A DNA stretch of 64,000 nt from Nitrosopumilus sp. (GCA_964225545.1 CAXQPB010000185.1:1781-65780), one strand, 5' to 3'; positions 39,332-48,996 are shown, counted from the stretch's first letter. Program-made: numbers and translations. Notes: generated by a model from the sequence alone, not told the origin.

Positions 39332-40753
39332 ATGGACGTCGTAGTTGACACCCGCCCACTCTGGGTCGTCGTTCTCTCACGGTCGACCCGCCTCCTGCGT
39401 CTGCTCATCGGCGTTGCCGCGTTCTGGGCGATCTGGTCCATGGAAACCCCGGCAGGACTGACTGTCGAGGGGCAGAAGGCTCTGGCGGTGTTCGCGCTGT
39501 CCGTCAGTTATTGGGTGCTCAATGCCCTGCCCCTGATGATCACGAGCCTGGTGGCGATAGCACTGATCGCACTCACGGGCGTGATGACTTCCGAGCAGGC
39601 CTACTCCCTGTTCGGAAACTCGGCGGTGTTCTTCATTCTCGGGGCGTTCATTCTGGCCGCCTGCCTGATGAAATCCGGGCTCTCGACCCGACTGACCCTG
39701 GTGTTTCTCAAGCGCTTCGGTCAGACGCCACGCTCCCTCCTCGTCGCGGTATTCCTGCTGAACGCGTTCATGTCTTTCTGGATGTCTGAACATGCGGTCG
39801 CGGCGATGAACTTTCCCATTGTGGCAGAGATTGTCGCCGTGCTGGGGCTGCGCCCCTTCCGCCACTCGTACGGCAAAGCTCTGTTTGTGGCGCTGGCGTG
39901 GGGATCGACGATCGGCGGGGTTGCGACTTTGTTGGGCGGTGGCCGTGCTCCACTCGCGATCGCGGTACTCGCAGAGGTCACCGGCAGTCAGCCCTTCGAT
40001 TTTCTCAGCTGGTCGCTGCATGCGCTGCCGACCGTATTCATCATGCTCGCCATCGGATATTTCGTCATCTCGCGATGGTTCCCGATCGATATCGACAGCG
40101 TGTCCCAAGCCGAAGAGGTTCTGGCGGAGCGCGTCGCCAGCCTTGGAAAAATGAGCTACGAGGAGAAGGGCATCGCCGCGATCATGCTCGTAACCGTCGC
40201 GGTGTGGGTCTTTTTCGGGCATGAACTCGGTCTCGCGAACGTCGCAATCATGGCGGTAGTAACGTTGTTCGCGCTTCGTCTCGTCGCATGGCGCGACGTC
40301 GAGGAGTACGTCAACTGGGGAATCATCCTGATGTACGGTGGCGCAATCTGTCTGGGCAAAGCGCTCGATGCATCCGGGGCCGCGTCGTGGATGGCCGAGA
40401 GGTCAATCGGGCTGTGGGTGCATTCGCCGACTGCGGTGGTCGCATCCCTTTCGTTTACGACCTGGCTCCTCACCGAGGCGATGAGCAACTCCGCCGTCGT
40501 CGCGCTGATGATGCCGGTCGGACTCGGTGTCGCCCGCGATGCCGGGTTGCAGCTGGCCACCATCGCTCCGACGATCGCGATCCCCGCTGGCTTCGCCTTC
40601 GCCTTCCCCATCGGCACGCCGGCCAACGCGATCGCTTACAGCTCGGGCTATCTCAAACTGCGCGACCTGATCATTCCGGGGATGTTGCTCGGGCTGATGG
40701 CGTGGCTGACCTTCAACCTTACAGCCGCCCTGTACTGGCCGCTCATTCAGTAA
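39332..40753 (+). CDS. DASS/SLC13-family anion:cation symporter
   Basis: 473 aa, polytopic. Hairpin-tip motifs WMSEHAVAAMNFPI and TEAMSNSAVVALMMPV. FAFPIGTPANAIAYSSGYL. Confidence 0.8.
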   Translation: MDVVVDTRPLWVVVLSRSTRLLRLLIGVAAFWAIWSMETPAGLTVEGQKALAVFALSVSYWVLNALPLMITSLVAIALIALTGVMTSEQAYSLFGNSAVFFILGAFILAACLMKSGLSTRLTLVFLKRFGQTPRSLLVAVFLLNAFMSFWMSEHAVAAMNFPIVAEIVAVLGLRPFRHSYGKALFVALAWGSTIGGVATLLGGGRAPLAIAVLAEVTGSQPFDFLSWSLHALPTVFIMLAIGYFVISRWFPIDIDSVSQAEEVLAERVASLGKMSYEEKGIAAIMLVTVAVWVFFGHELGLANVAIMAVVTLFALRLVAWRDVEEYVNWGIILMYGGAICLGKALDASGAASWMAERSIGLWVHSPTAVVASLSFTTWLLTEAMSNSAVVALMMPVGLGVARDAGLQLATIAPTIAIPAGFAFAFPIGTPANAIAYSSGYLKLRDLIIPGMLLGLMAWLTFNLTAALYWPLIQ

Positions 40754-40900
40754 ACAGGGAAGACACGCCGAAACGCGTCGACTCGATGAGGACGGTCGCT
40801 GTGCGACCGGTGGGCCTCGGTCCGGCCTCGGAGCGGGCAGCAACAGCGGACTCCTCCGAGCCAGCGGTTCGGCGACGTGCTCCGATCCGGATCATTTCGC

Positions 40901-41215
40901 TCAGACCGCAGCCGCGGGTGGAGCGAAGCGAACCTCGTAGCCGAACACTGCCGTGAGCAGATAATAAACCGCCATCAACGCCGCTACCGTCGTCACCATG
41001 GCACCTACGGCAACTCCCGACAGCATCACAACGCTCACCACGCCGGCCGCAGCCACGATCGGAGTCAGGACCGAGGAGCGGTTGAAGGGGTCGACGGGCG
41101 TGACGAGCGACGCCAGACCGCCATCCCGGGCCTCTCTATCGAGCGCATCAAACAGCCCGCGCATCTGCTCGTTCATGGACGTCCAGGCGCCGTCAAAGTC
41201 GAAATTCCAGTCCAT
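40901..41215 (-). CDS. Hypothetical small membrane protein (last gene of the ECF operon)
   Basis: 104 aa. Acidic soluble N-half (MDWNFDFDGAWTSMNEQMRGLFDALDRE) and two hydrophobic segments at the C-terminus. Starts 3 nt after the upstream gene. Confidence 0.55.
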   Translation of the reverse strand: MDWNFDFDGAWTSMNEQMRGLFDALDREARDGGLASLVTPVDPFNRSSVLTPIVAAAGVVSVVMLSGVAVGAMVTTVAALMAVYYLLTAVFGYEVRFAPPAAAV

Positions 41216-41217
41216 CC

Positions 41218-41754
41218 CTACTCTCCTCCCGTCTTCAAGGTTTCAAAGGATTCGATTGCCGGCTGCGACGGCGCTCGAATACTGACGATAATCGTGCCTG
41301 CGTCGGTCCTGCTGCTGCGGAGCAGCAGGTTCGCGTTACGGCTGAGCTTCACGTCCGCGTTGAGGACCGGTCGGTTATCCTGAATCAGGAGCAGTCTCAT
41401 TTTGAAGTGCCCCGGAGTGCTCTCCGTTGTCTTCATCTGCAGGTATCCGCCGTCGGGCAGCTCCATCCCGCACTGGGCTCCCGCCCTGAACGGACACGCC
41501 TCTATGTGGAGCAGATCGTAACGCTTGAACGGGAACCCTCGCAGCTGGGGTTTGAGATCCTTGAGCCGAGGATCGAGTCCACGTCCCTCTTTTGACGCCA
41601 GCACGGCAGCAACCTGGACGATGGACGTCTGGCTGTTTTGAACTTCGGCGCTCGGGTCGGCCCGCGAAAGGTCGGGCGAGCAGACGTAGCCGATACAGAG
41701 GATACCGATACCGGCTGCACACACCCTTCGAAATCTGGTTGCGAGCCGTTCCAT
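41218..41754 (-). CDS. Hypothetical exported protein (ECF operon)
   Basis: 178 aa. N-terminal signal-like segment RRVCAAGIGILCIGYVCS. No family recognised. Starts 4 nt after the anti-sigma gene. Confidence 0.55.
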   Translation of the reverse strand: MERLATRFRRVCAAGIGILCIGYVCSPDLSRADPSAEVQNSQTSIVQVAAVLASKEGRGLDPRLKDLKPQLRGFPFKRYDLLHIEACPFRAGAQCGMELPDGGYLQMKTTESTPGHFKMRLLLIQDNRPVLNADVKLSRNANLLLRSSRTDAGTIIVSIRAPSQPAIESFETLKTGGE

Positions 41755-41757
41755 TCG

Positions 41758-42402
41758 TCAGCGTCCCTTAGCTGCGGTGTTGCTCACGCCGAAAGCCCCA
41801 TTGGACGATTCGTCCAAGCTGTTGACCCAGATCACCTGCGTTCGCGTTTTGGGTCGTGCCCAGACCGCAACGGTTCTGCCCTGGGCAACTTCCATGGTGT
41901 CGATTCGCACGGCCTTGCCGCGCTGCTCCGCGGGCGCGGCACTGCCTCCACTCACGGCTTTCGCAATCTTTTCCTGGAAGGAGCCGACTCCGGGTATCTC
42001 GAAACCGCCGAACAGCATGAAGGCAAGGGCTGCAGCGGCAGCGGCGAAAGCTCCCGCCCGGAACGGGGAAGGACCGAAAAGTCCTGCCACCAGTCGGCCC
42101 AACAACGAAACATCGTCGCTCGACTGTTCAACCATTCGTCGGCGCGGTCTGGCTGCAGGTGCGAGGCCGCCTTCTTCATCCAGTCGCGATTCGATCGATT
42201 GCCATAGACCTGTGAGGTCTACCGCGGCCGCCTTGTCGGCCACTGTCGATCTGAGCAACGCCGACGCATATTGGTGGTTCGTGGCCAGAGAGTGGCAAGA
42301 GTTACACGCCTGTACGTGCTCGGCCGCAGACGCCATCTGCCCGTCCGGCATCTCTGCGTCGACATAACGGTCGATGTTCTCTTCGAAGTCTCGACAGTCC
42401 AC
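41758..42402 (-). CDS. Anti-sigma factor (zf-HC2 type)
   Basis: 214 aa. MDCRDFEENIDRYVDAEM...AAEHVQACNSCH (H-X3-C-X2-C). Central TM (AGAFAAAAAALAFMLFGGF). Confidence 0.85.
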   Translation of the reverse strand: MDCRDFEENIDRYVDAEMPDGQMASAAEHVQACNSCHSLATNHQYASALLRSTVADKAAAVDLTGLWQSIESRLDEEGGLAPAARPRRRMVEQSSDDVSLLGRLVAGLFGPSPFRAGAFAAAAAALAFMLFGGFEIPGVGSFQEKIAKAVSGGSAAPAEQRGKAVRIDTMEVAQGRTVAVWARPKTRTQVIWVNSLDESSNGAFGVSNTAAKGR

Positions 42403-42405
42403 GGT

Positions 42406-42975
42406 TCAGACCAGCTCCCTGAGCCTCGTTTGCAGCTTCTTTCTGGCGTAGTGGAGCCTGCTCATGACAGTTCCGAGGGAGCAGTCGAGGGTCTGGCTGA
42501 TCTCCTCGTAGGAGAGTCCGTCGACCTCGCGCAAAAGTATGACCGCCCGATGATCTGGCGTCAAATCACCTATGGCCTCGAAAATCTTCGATCCGAGCTC
42601 ACGGCTACGCACAGCGTCGAACGGATCTTCACCTTGCGTTTTTCCTCCGAATGCCATCGTCGCGTCGCCCGGCGGCAGGCTCTCGTCATATTCGACGTTC
42701 GTTCGCTTGCTTTCCTTTCGTTGTAAATCGATCGAAAGGTTGAAAGCGATCCGATACAGCCAGGTGTAAAACGACGAATCGCCCTTGAAACCATCGAGAT
42801 TGCGGAAAGCGCGCACAAACGTCTCCTGCACCACCTCTCTGGCGTCCTCCGCGTTGCGAACCATACCGACCGCTACACCCAGAATCCGGCGCTGGTAGCG
42901 TTCTGCCAGCGCCTGGAGGGCTTCACGGTCGCCGGTTCTACCGCGCGCGACCAGCTCAGCGTCCGACAGATCCAC
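42406..42975 (-). CDS. ECF (group 4) RNA polymerase sigma factor
   Basis: 189 aa. Region 2 (AEDAREVVQETFVRAFRNLDGFKGDSSFYTWLYRIAFNLSID) and region 4 (REVDGLSYEEISQTLDCSLGTVMSRLHYARKKL). Confidence 0.92.
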   Translation of the reverse strand: MDLSDAELVARGRTGDREALQALAERYQRRILGVAVGMVRNAEDAREVVQETFVRAFRNLDGFKGDSSFYTWLYRIAFNLSIDLQRKESKRTNVEYDESLPPGDATMAFGGKTQGEDPFDAVRSRELGSKIFEAIGDLTPDHRAVILLREVDGLSYEEISQTLDCSLGTVMSRLHYARKKLQTRLRELV

Positions 42976-43043
42976 CCAGCATGCTCCATGCCAGTACTGA
43001 TTGACGCACGGCCGATTGGTTTATTCGGGAGATATTCGAGCCC

Positions 43044-45701
43044 CTAGTGAGCTTCCGCCCAGTTTTTTCCCATGCCGATATCGACGACGACTGGGACCTC
43101 GAGGGAGACGGCCGACTCCATGGCGCGACGGGTCAGCCGTTCGGCCGCCTCCACCTCGGCCTTGGGGCACTCGAGCAGAAGCTCATCGTGAATCTGCAAA
43201 ACCATTGCACTTTCGAGGCCTTCCGCTTCGAGGTCGTGGTAGAGATTGACCATGGCGAGCTTGATGATATCCGCCGCGCTACCCTGGATCGGGGTATTCG
43301 TCGCCACCCGCTCGGCCAGCTGCCGACGCCCGCCATGGTCACTGTCGATGTCGGGGAGATACCTGCGCCTGCCCATCAGCGTGGCGACATAGCCGTGGCG
43401 TCGCGCGTGCTCACGCATCTGTTCATAAAATTTACTCACGCCCGAGTACCGCTTGAAGTAGCGTTCGATATACTTGGCGGCTTCATCCCGTGTAATTTTG
43501 AGTTCACGCGCCATCCGAACGGCCCCCATCCCGTAGATGATGCCGTAGTTGATCACCTTCGCATGCCGGCGCATCTCGGCCGTCACATCTGAGGGGTCGA
43601 GTCCCTCGACCTCCGCGGCAGTCGCCGTATGGATATCTTCCCCCTTCTGAAACGACTCGCACAACGTCGCGTCTTTGGAGAGGTGAGCCAGCACACGAAG
43701 CTCGATCTGGTTGTAGTCAGCCGACAGCAGAACCTTACCCCGCGCTGTTCCGAAGGCCTTGCGGATCTGGGCCCCGTCGCTGGTTCGGATCGGAATGTTC
43801 TGGAGGTTCGGGTCGTTGGAGCTGAGCCTTCCCGTCGCGGTGACAGTCTGATTCAGGCTCGTATGAATCCGATCTTTACTGTCGACCAGCTTCGGGAGCT
43901 GATCGACATACGTCGATCGCAGCTTGGCCAGCCCGCGGTAGTCGAGAATCAGCGCCGGCAGCTCATGATGCTCTGACAGCGCCTCAAGCGTGTCGCTGTC
44001 GGTGGACAGGCCGGTCTTGGTCTTCTTCACCCCTCGTGTCGGCAACGACAGACGCTCGAACAACACCTGGCGCAGCTGGACCGGAGACAGGATATTGAAC
44101 TCGGTACCGGCCGCCGCGTAAATACGCCCGACCAGTTCCTTCATGCGCCTGCCGAACTCATCGGAGAGCTTAGCCAGCAATCCGACGTCGAGACGGATTC
44201 CTCGCGACTCGATGTCGGCGAGGACACCGAGCAGCGGCAGCTCGAGATCGGCATACAAAGCGGTCTGCTCATGATCGGTCAGCCGCTCACGCATCAGCGG
44301 TATCAACCGCTCCACCTGTTCGAGACTGGCGGCCATCGATGCCGCGAACGGGCCCGGCGCCGCCGCGGCTTCCTTGAGGAAACGATCCGCGACCCCCGCG
44401 AAGTCGTGCGCCCCCGCGGACGAATCGAACAGATAGGAGGCGAGCCCGATGTCGATCGACAGAGCGCCCGGCTTCGCGCCGTGCTCCCTGCAAAGTCGCT
44501 TGAGGTCAAAGCCCGAGGGCGAGCCGCCTGCCTGCGCGCACGCTTTTGCGAACTTCGTGATCTCGACGGCGCCGCCGGCCAGCGCACGGCTTCCGGCGAC
44601 GCTTATCGCCAACCGCGGCTGCTCGTCCGCGTCGCCGTAAAGGACGAATGCAACCTCGCCGCTCAGGTCGAGCTTGTCCCAGGTGACAGGAAAGATGTCA
44701 TCAGGCTCTTCCGGTGCCGGAGCTGCAGAATCGGCAGCCGCAGCCGGCGCGCTCGTGCCGCCTCCGTCATCGCTCGTCCTTGCCGGCGACGCTGCTTCGC
44801 CGCTTTCCGCATCGCCGAGCGCGGCGCGGATGCGCGCGGCGAAGTTCACCATCTCCAGTTCCTCTGCGAGACTGACGAGCTCCTCGGTGTGCGGGCTGTC
44901 AAAGCGAAGATCTTCGAGATCGAGGTCGACCGGAGCGTCGACACAAACCGTAGCGAGTTTCTTCGACAACAGCGCGGCGTCCCTGCCCTCCTCGACCTTC
45001 TTTCGAACCCCCCTGGCACCGCGGATCGGCAGACTCTCGATCTCCTCGATGCGCTCGAGCATAGCCGCCATCGAACCGAAATGGCCGATGAGCGCCGCCG
45101 CAGTCTTCGGACCGACCCCGCGCACCCCCGGAATGTTGTCCGTCGAGTCGCCCATCAGGCCCTGGACGTCTGTGACAGCTCCCGGCGGAACACCGAACTT
45201 CTCGATCACCTCGGGCTCCCGGACGCGCTTGTTCTTGCCGGGGTCGTAGAGCGAGACGCGCTCGTTCACGCACTGCATGAGATCCTTGTCACCGGTCACG
45301 ATGACAACGTCGGCGGCCTGTGAGGAGAGGCGGTGCGCGAGCGTCGCCAGGAGGTCGTCGGCCTCGTACTCCTGGATACGGACGGCAGGGATCGCCATCG
45401 CTCTGACCAGGCGCTCGACGAGCGGGAACTGAACCTTCAGATCCTCATCCGGATCGTCGCGGTTCGCTTTGTAGTCCGGATAGATCTCGTTGCGGAAGGT
45501 ATCGCCCGGGCTGTCGAAGCAGGCTGCGATGTAGCGCGCCCCGTTTACCCGGACCAGCTTGTCCAGCATGTTCGCGACGCCATGAACCGCGTTGGTAGGC
45601 ACCCCCTCGGACGTATTGAGGGGGGGCAACGCGTGGTATGCGCGAAAGGTGAAGTAGCTGACGTCCAGCAGATAGACCGTCTTCCCATCACTCGCCGGCA
45701 T
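43044..45701 (-). CDS. polA: DNA polymerase I
   Basis: 885 aa. 5' nuclease domain (VYLLDVSYFTFRAYHA...GVRGVGPKTAAAL). Polymerase motifs (LLSADYNQIELRVLAH; RRHAKVINYGIIYG; LQIHDELLLE). Confidence 0.97.
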   Translation of the reverse strand: MPASDGKTVYLLDVSYFTFRAYHALPPLNTSEGVPTNAVHGVANMLDKLVRVNGARYIAACFDSPGDTFRNEIYPDYKANRDDPDEDLKVQFPLVERLVRAMAIPAVRIQEYEADDLLATLAHRLSSQAADVVIVTGDKDLMQCVNERVSLYDPGKNKRVREPEVIEKFGVPPGAVTDVQGLMGDSTDNIPGVRGVGPKTAAALIGHFGSMAAMLERIEEIESLPIRGARGVRKKVEEGRDAALLSKKLATVCVDAPVDLDLEDLRFDSPHTEELVSLAEELEMVNFAARIRAALGDAESGEAASPARTSDDGGGTSAPAAAADSAAPAPEEPDDIFPVTWDKLDLSGEVAFVLYGDADEQPRLAISVAGSRALAGGAVEITKFAKACAQAGGSPSGFDLKRLCREHGAKPGALSIDIGLASYLFDSSAGAHDFAGVADRFLKEAAAAPGPFAASMAASLEQVERLIPLMRERLTDHEQTALYADLELPLLGVLADIESRGIRLDVGLLAKLSDEFGRRMKELVGRIYAAAGTEFNILSPVQLRQVLFERLSLPTRGVKKTKTGLSTDSDTLEALSEHHELPALILDYRGLAKLRSTYVDQLPKLVDSKDRIHTSLNQTVTATGRLSSNDPNLQNIPIRTSDGAQIRKAFGTARGKVLLSADYNQIELRVLAHLSKDATLCESFQKGEDIHTATAAEVEGLDPSDVTAEMRRHAKVINYGIIYGMGAVRMARELKITRDEAAKYIERYFKRYSGVSKFYEQMREHARRHGYVATLMGRRRYLPDIDSDHGGRRQLAERVATNTPIQGSAADIIKLAMVNLYHDLEAEGLESAMVLQIHDELLLECPKAEVEAAERLTRRAMESAVSLEVPVVVDIGMGKNWAEAH

Positions 45702-45844
45702 CGGGGCAGGCTCGGGCAGGCCCCTCTGAAATGCAAATTGACTGGGACTCGCCGGAAATCGCGGCTACCTTGACAGCCTGAACGCCGGTCGTTAGGTAAG
45801 CCGTCGTCCTGAGTCGGGCCTCTCGCCCCGACGCGAGCGAATTC

Positions 45845-46606
45845 ATGATCGAGGTCAAGCAGCTCAAAAAACACTACGGCGCGTTCGAGGCGGTCAAGGG
45901 CGTCTCATTCTCGGTTGCGACCGGCCAGGCGTGCGGGTTCCTCGGACCCAACGGTGCCGGCAAGACGACGACAATGCGTGTCATCACCGGCTACATGCCT
46001 GCCACGTCCGGGACAGTCACTGTCGAGGGCTTCGACGTCTTCGAGAACTCGTTCGAGGTCCGCAAACGGATCGGCTACCTGCCCGAGCAGCCGCCGCTCT
46101 ACCTGGAGATGCGGGTGACCGCGTATCTGGACCACGTCGCGCGTCTCAAGGGTGTCCCTCGCGCACGGATCGCAGAGCAGAGAGACCGCGTGATCTCCGA
46201 ATGCGCGCTCGAGAAAATGGCCGGACGTCTGTGCGGACACCTGTCAAAGGGCTACAGGCAGCGTGTCGGGCTCGCCCAGGCGCTGATTCATGACCCGCAG
46301 GTCCTGATCCTCGATGAGCCCACGATCGGTCTGGATCCCGCACAGATTATCGAAATCCGCGAGTTGATTCGCAGCCTGGCGACCGAACGGACCGTCATTC
46401 TGTCCACACACATCCTGCCGGAGGTCGCGCAGATCTGTCAGAAGGTCGTCATCATCAACGAAGGGCGTGTAGCGCTAGAGGCTGAAATGGCGGAACTGAC
46501 CCGCGACGGTTCCCTCGAGGACGAGTACCTGAAGTACGTCAGCGGCGAGGCGCACGCCCTCGAACCCGCTGCCGGGTCTCCGGTGGAGGACGGACCCGAT
46601 GCGTAA
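45845..46606 (+). CDS. ABC transporter ATP-binding protein (ABC-2/GldA-like)
   Basis: 253 aa. Walker A GPNGAGKTTT. Signature LSKGYRQRV. Walker B LILDEPT. Confidence 0.92.
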   Translation: MIEVKQLKKHYGAFEAVKGVSFSVATGQACGFLGPNGAGKTTTMRVITGYMPATSGTVTVEGFDVFENSFEVRKRIGYLPEQPPLYLEMRVTAYLDHVARLKGVPRARIAEQRDRVISECALEKMAGRLCGHLSKGYRQRVGLAQALIHDPQVLILDEPTIGLDPAQIIEIRELIRSLATERTVILSTHILPEVAQICQKVVIINEGRVALEAEMAELTRDGSLEDEYLKYVSGEAHALEPAAGSPVEDGPDA

Positions 46607-47369
46607 CGCCCTGCATATCGCGTGGAGGGACATCCGCTCGGTGTTCGTGTCGCCGATCGCCTATGTCGTCCTGACAGGCTTCGTTCTTCTGGCAGGCTGG
46701 TTCTTCTTCAACCTCCTCGGGCAGTTCAATCGCTACGTCGCCTCGTACGCCTCGATCCCGAATTACGACTCTTCATGGCTCAACCTGAACGACGCGGTTC
46801 TGGCGCCTCTGATCCAGAACCTGGGGGTTGTTCTGCTGATCGTCATTCCGATGACCACGATGCGCAGCTTTGCCGAGGAACGCAGCGTCGGGACGTACGA
46901 GCTGCTGTTCACATCCCCGGTCCGCGTCGCCGAGATCGTGGCCGGAAAGTTTCTCGCAGGCGTATTCCTGGTCACCTCGATGGTCGGTCTGTCGCTCATG
47001 TATCCCGCGATCCTGCTGTGGTTCGGAAACCCGGAGCCCGGACTGGTCTTCAGTGGCTACCTCGGACTCTGGCTGACCGCCGTGTCTTTCGTCGCGATCG
47101 GTAATTTCACGTCCTCGCTCACGTCCAACCAGATCATCGCCGCCGTGGCCGGCATTGTCCTGTTGCTGTTGCTGTTCGTGATCAACTGGGCGGCCGAAGG
47201 AGCGGCTGAGCCCTGGCGCTCAGTGCTGCTGTACCTTTCAGTCACCGAGAATCTCACAGGTCTGGTACGCGGCGTCATCGATACGCGCAATCTCGTCTAC
47301 TTCGGAAGTCTGATCGGAGTGTTTCTGTTCCTGACCCACCGTGCCGTAGAATCGGCTCGCTGGAAGTAG
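46599..47369 (+). CDS. ABC-2 type permease (GldF-like)
   Basis: 256 aa, six hydrophobic segments. Overlaps the ATPase gene by 8 nt. Confidence 0.8.
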   Translation: MRNALHIAWRDIRSVFVSPIAYVVLTGFVLLAGWFFFNLLGQFNRYVASYASIPNYDSSWLNLNDAVLAPLIQNLGVVLLIVIPMTTMRSFAEERSVGTYELLFTSPVRVAEIVAGKFLAGVFLVTSMVGLSLMYPAILLWFGNPEPGLVFSGYLGLWLTAVSFVAIGNFTSSLTSNQIIAAVAGIVLLLLLFVINWAAEGAAEPWRSVLLYLSVTENLTGLVRGVIDTRNLVYFGSLIGVFLFLTHRAVESARWK

Positions 47370-47390
47370 CCGGGGAAGACTACGCAAGCC

Positions 47391-48986
47391 ATGTCCAACC
47401 GCGCTCCCATACTCGGAATCACCGGCCTTGTATTTCTCGCATTCGGGCTGATGTCCCATTGGCTCGCCTACGATCCCGCGCGCGGCATCTTCGCATTCGG
47501 CTGGTACTCGCTGGCACATCTGATCGCGGGCGCCGTCTGCCTGGGACTTTATCTGTCCACCGGCGGCTCATCGCTCTCCGATTTCCTGAAACAGCGCTCG
47601 ACGCGTTACGGAGCCGGAGCGCTGCTCTACTCGATCCTCTTCGTCTCCGTGGTCGTGATGATCAACTTCATGGGAGCCCGCTACAACAAACGCTTCGATA
47701 TGAGCGTCGAGGGCGTCAACAGCCTGTCTCCGCAGTCCCGCGAAGTGCTCGACCGGCTCGACGAGGACGTGACGATCGACGCGTTCATCGAAGGAGGGCG
47801 CGACCCCGTAATCGAGGAACTCTTCAACGCCTACCGCTACCATAGCGACCGCCTCCAGTACCGATTCGTCGACCCCCAGGTACGCCCGGAGCTCGCAGAG
47901 CAGGCGGGGATCTCTCATGTTCCCGCGCTGAGAATCACCAAGGGAGATCGCTCGACGCTGGTCCAACAGACAGACGAGGAGTCGGTTACCAACGGCATCC
48001 ACCGGGTGTCGACAACCACCAATAAGCGGGTTTACTTCAGCGAAGGACACGGCGAGCCCGAGATCGCCGACAACGACTCACCGGCGGGATACGGCCGTTT
48101 CGCGACGGCGCTGCGCAACCAGAACTACGAGGTCTCCACCCTGTTCCTCGCCGATGCTGAAGCGATCCCGGAAGACGCCGACGTGCTGGTCGTCGCCTCG
48201 CCGAGCCGCGAGCTTTTCCCGGCGGAGATCGCGCGCATTCAAAACTACCTCGAGCGCGGCGGCAACGCGCTGTTTCTGCTGGAGCCGAGACGGAGTGCGG
48301 AGATCGTCGACCTGCTCTCTCGCTGGGGCATCACTGTCGGGGACGACGTCGTGGTCGATCAGCAGATGCGACTCTTCGAGGGCGTTACGCTCGGCCTCGA
48401 GCCGGTGGTTTCGAGTTACGGCAAACACCCGGTCGTCGAGCCGATCACCGAAAGAACCGTATTTTCTCTGGCCCGCTCGGTTGAGCCGTCCATCCCTCCC
48501 CGGGAAGGGACTGAGGTCGTGCCCATCGCATTCACACCGGAGACGAGCTGGGCGGAGACCGAGGTAGATCGACTCTTCGATCAAAGCGAGGCCCGGCTGA
48601 CAGAGACGGATCGAAAGGGACCGGTCTCCATCGCGGTCGCCGCAAGTGCCTCCGCAGCGGCCCCGTCGGTCGCGGACGATCCATTCGGAGAAGGCCTCGG
48701 CACGGGCTCCGCAAGCGGTACGCGCCTGGTCGTATTCGGAGACTCAACCTTCGCGACGAACAAGTTCTGGATGCAGCTTTTCAACGACGCCCTGGTATTG
48801 AGCGCAACCGGCTGGCTCGCGGGCCAAGAAGAGCTGATCTCGATCGGGCCGCGCGCGGTGAGAACTTCGCGCGCACGGCTGTCACCCGCAGAGGCGCTGA
48901 CCGTGTTCTATCTCTCGGTGCTCGTCATCCCCGAGCTGATCCTCCTGTGCGGCGTCGTTGTCTGGTGGCGCCGCTCGTCGAGCTGA
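47391..48986 (+). CDS. GldG-like ABC-transport auxiliary component
   Basis: 531 aa. N- and C-terminal TMs flank a large periplasmic domain (VYFSEGHGEP..., LVVFGDSTFATNKF), as recalled for the GldG family. Confidence 0.7.
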   Translation: MSNRAPILGITGLVFLAFGLMSHWLAYDPARGIFAFGWYSLAHLIAGAVCLGLYLSTGGSSLSDFLKQRSTRYGAGALLYSILFVSVVVMINFMGARYNKRFDMSVEGVNSLSPQSREVLDRLDEDVTIDAFIEGGRDPVIEELFNAYRYHSDRLQYRFVDPQVRPELAEQAGISHVPALRITKGDRSTLVQQTDEESVTNGIHRVSTTTNKRVYFSEGHGEPEIADNDSPAGYGRFATALRNQNYEVSTLFLADAEAIPEDADVLVVASPSRELFPAEIARIQNYLERGGNALFLLEPRRSAEIVDLLSRWGITVGDDVVVDQQMRLFEGVTLGLEPVVSSYGKHPVVEPITERTVFSLARSVEPSIPPREGTEVVPIAFTPETSWAETEVDRLFDQSEARLTETDRKGPVSIAVAASASAAAPSVADDPFGEGLGTGSASGTRLVVFGDSTFATNKFWMQLFNDALVLSATGWLAGQEELISIGPRAVRTSRARLSPAEALTVFYLSVLVIPELILLCGVVVWWRRSSS

Positions 48987-48996
48987 GCGCGACGCC

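Noticed and set aside
42976-43043. ECF-type autoregulated promoter upstream of the sigma gene (GAATAAAC ... CGTC)
   Set aside because: The spacer between the AAC and CGTC elements is about 12 nt rather than the 16-17 nt expected. Not reported as a feature.
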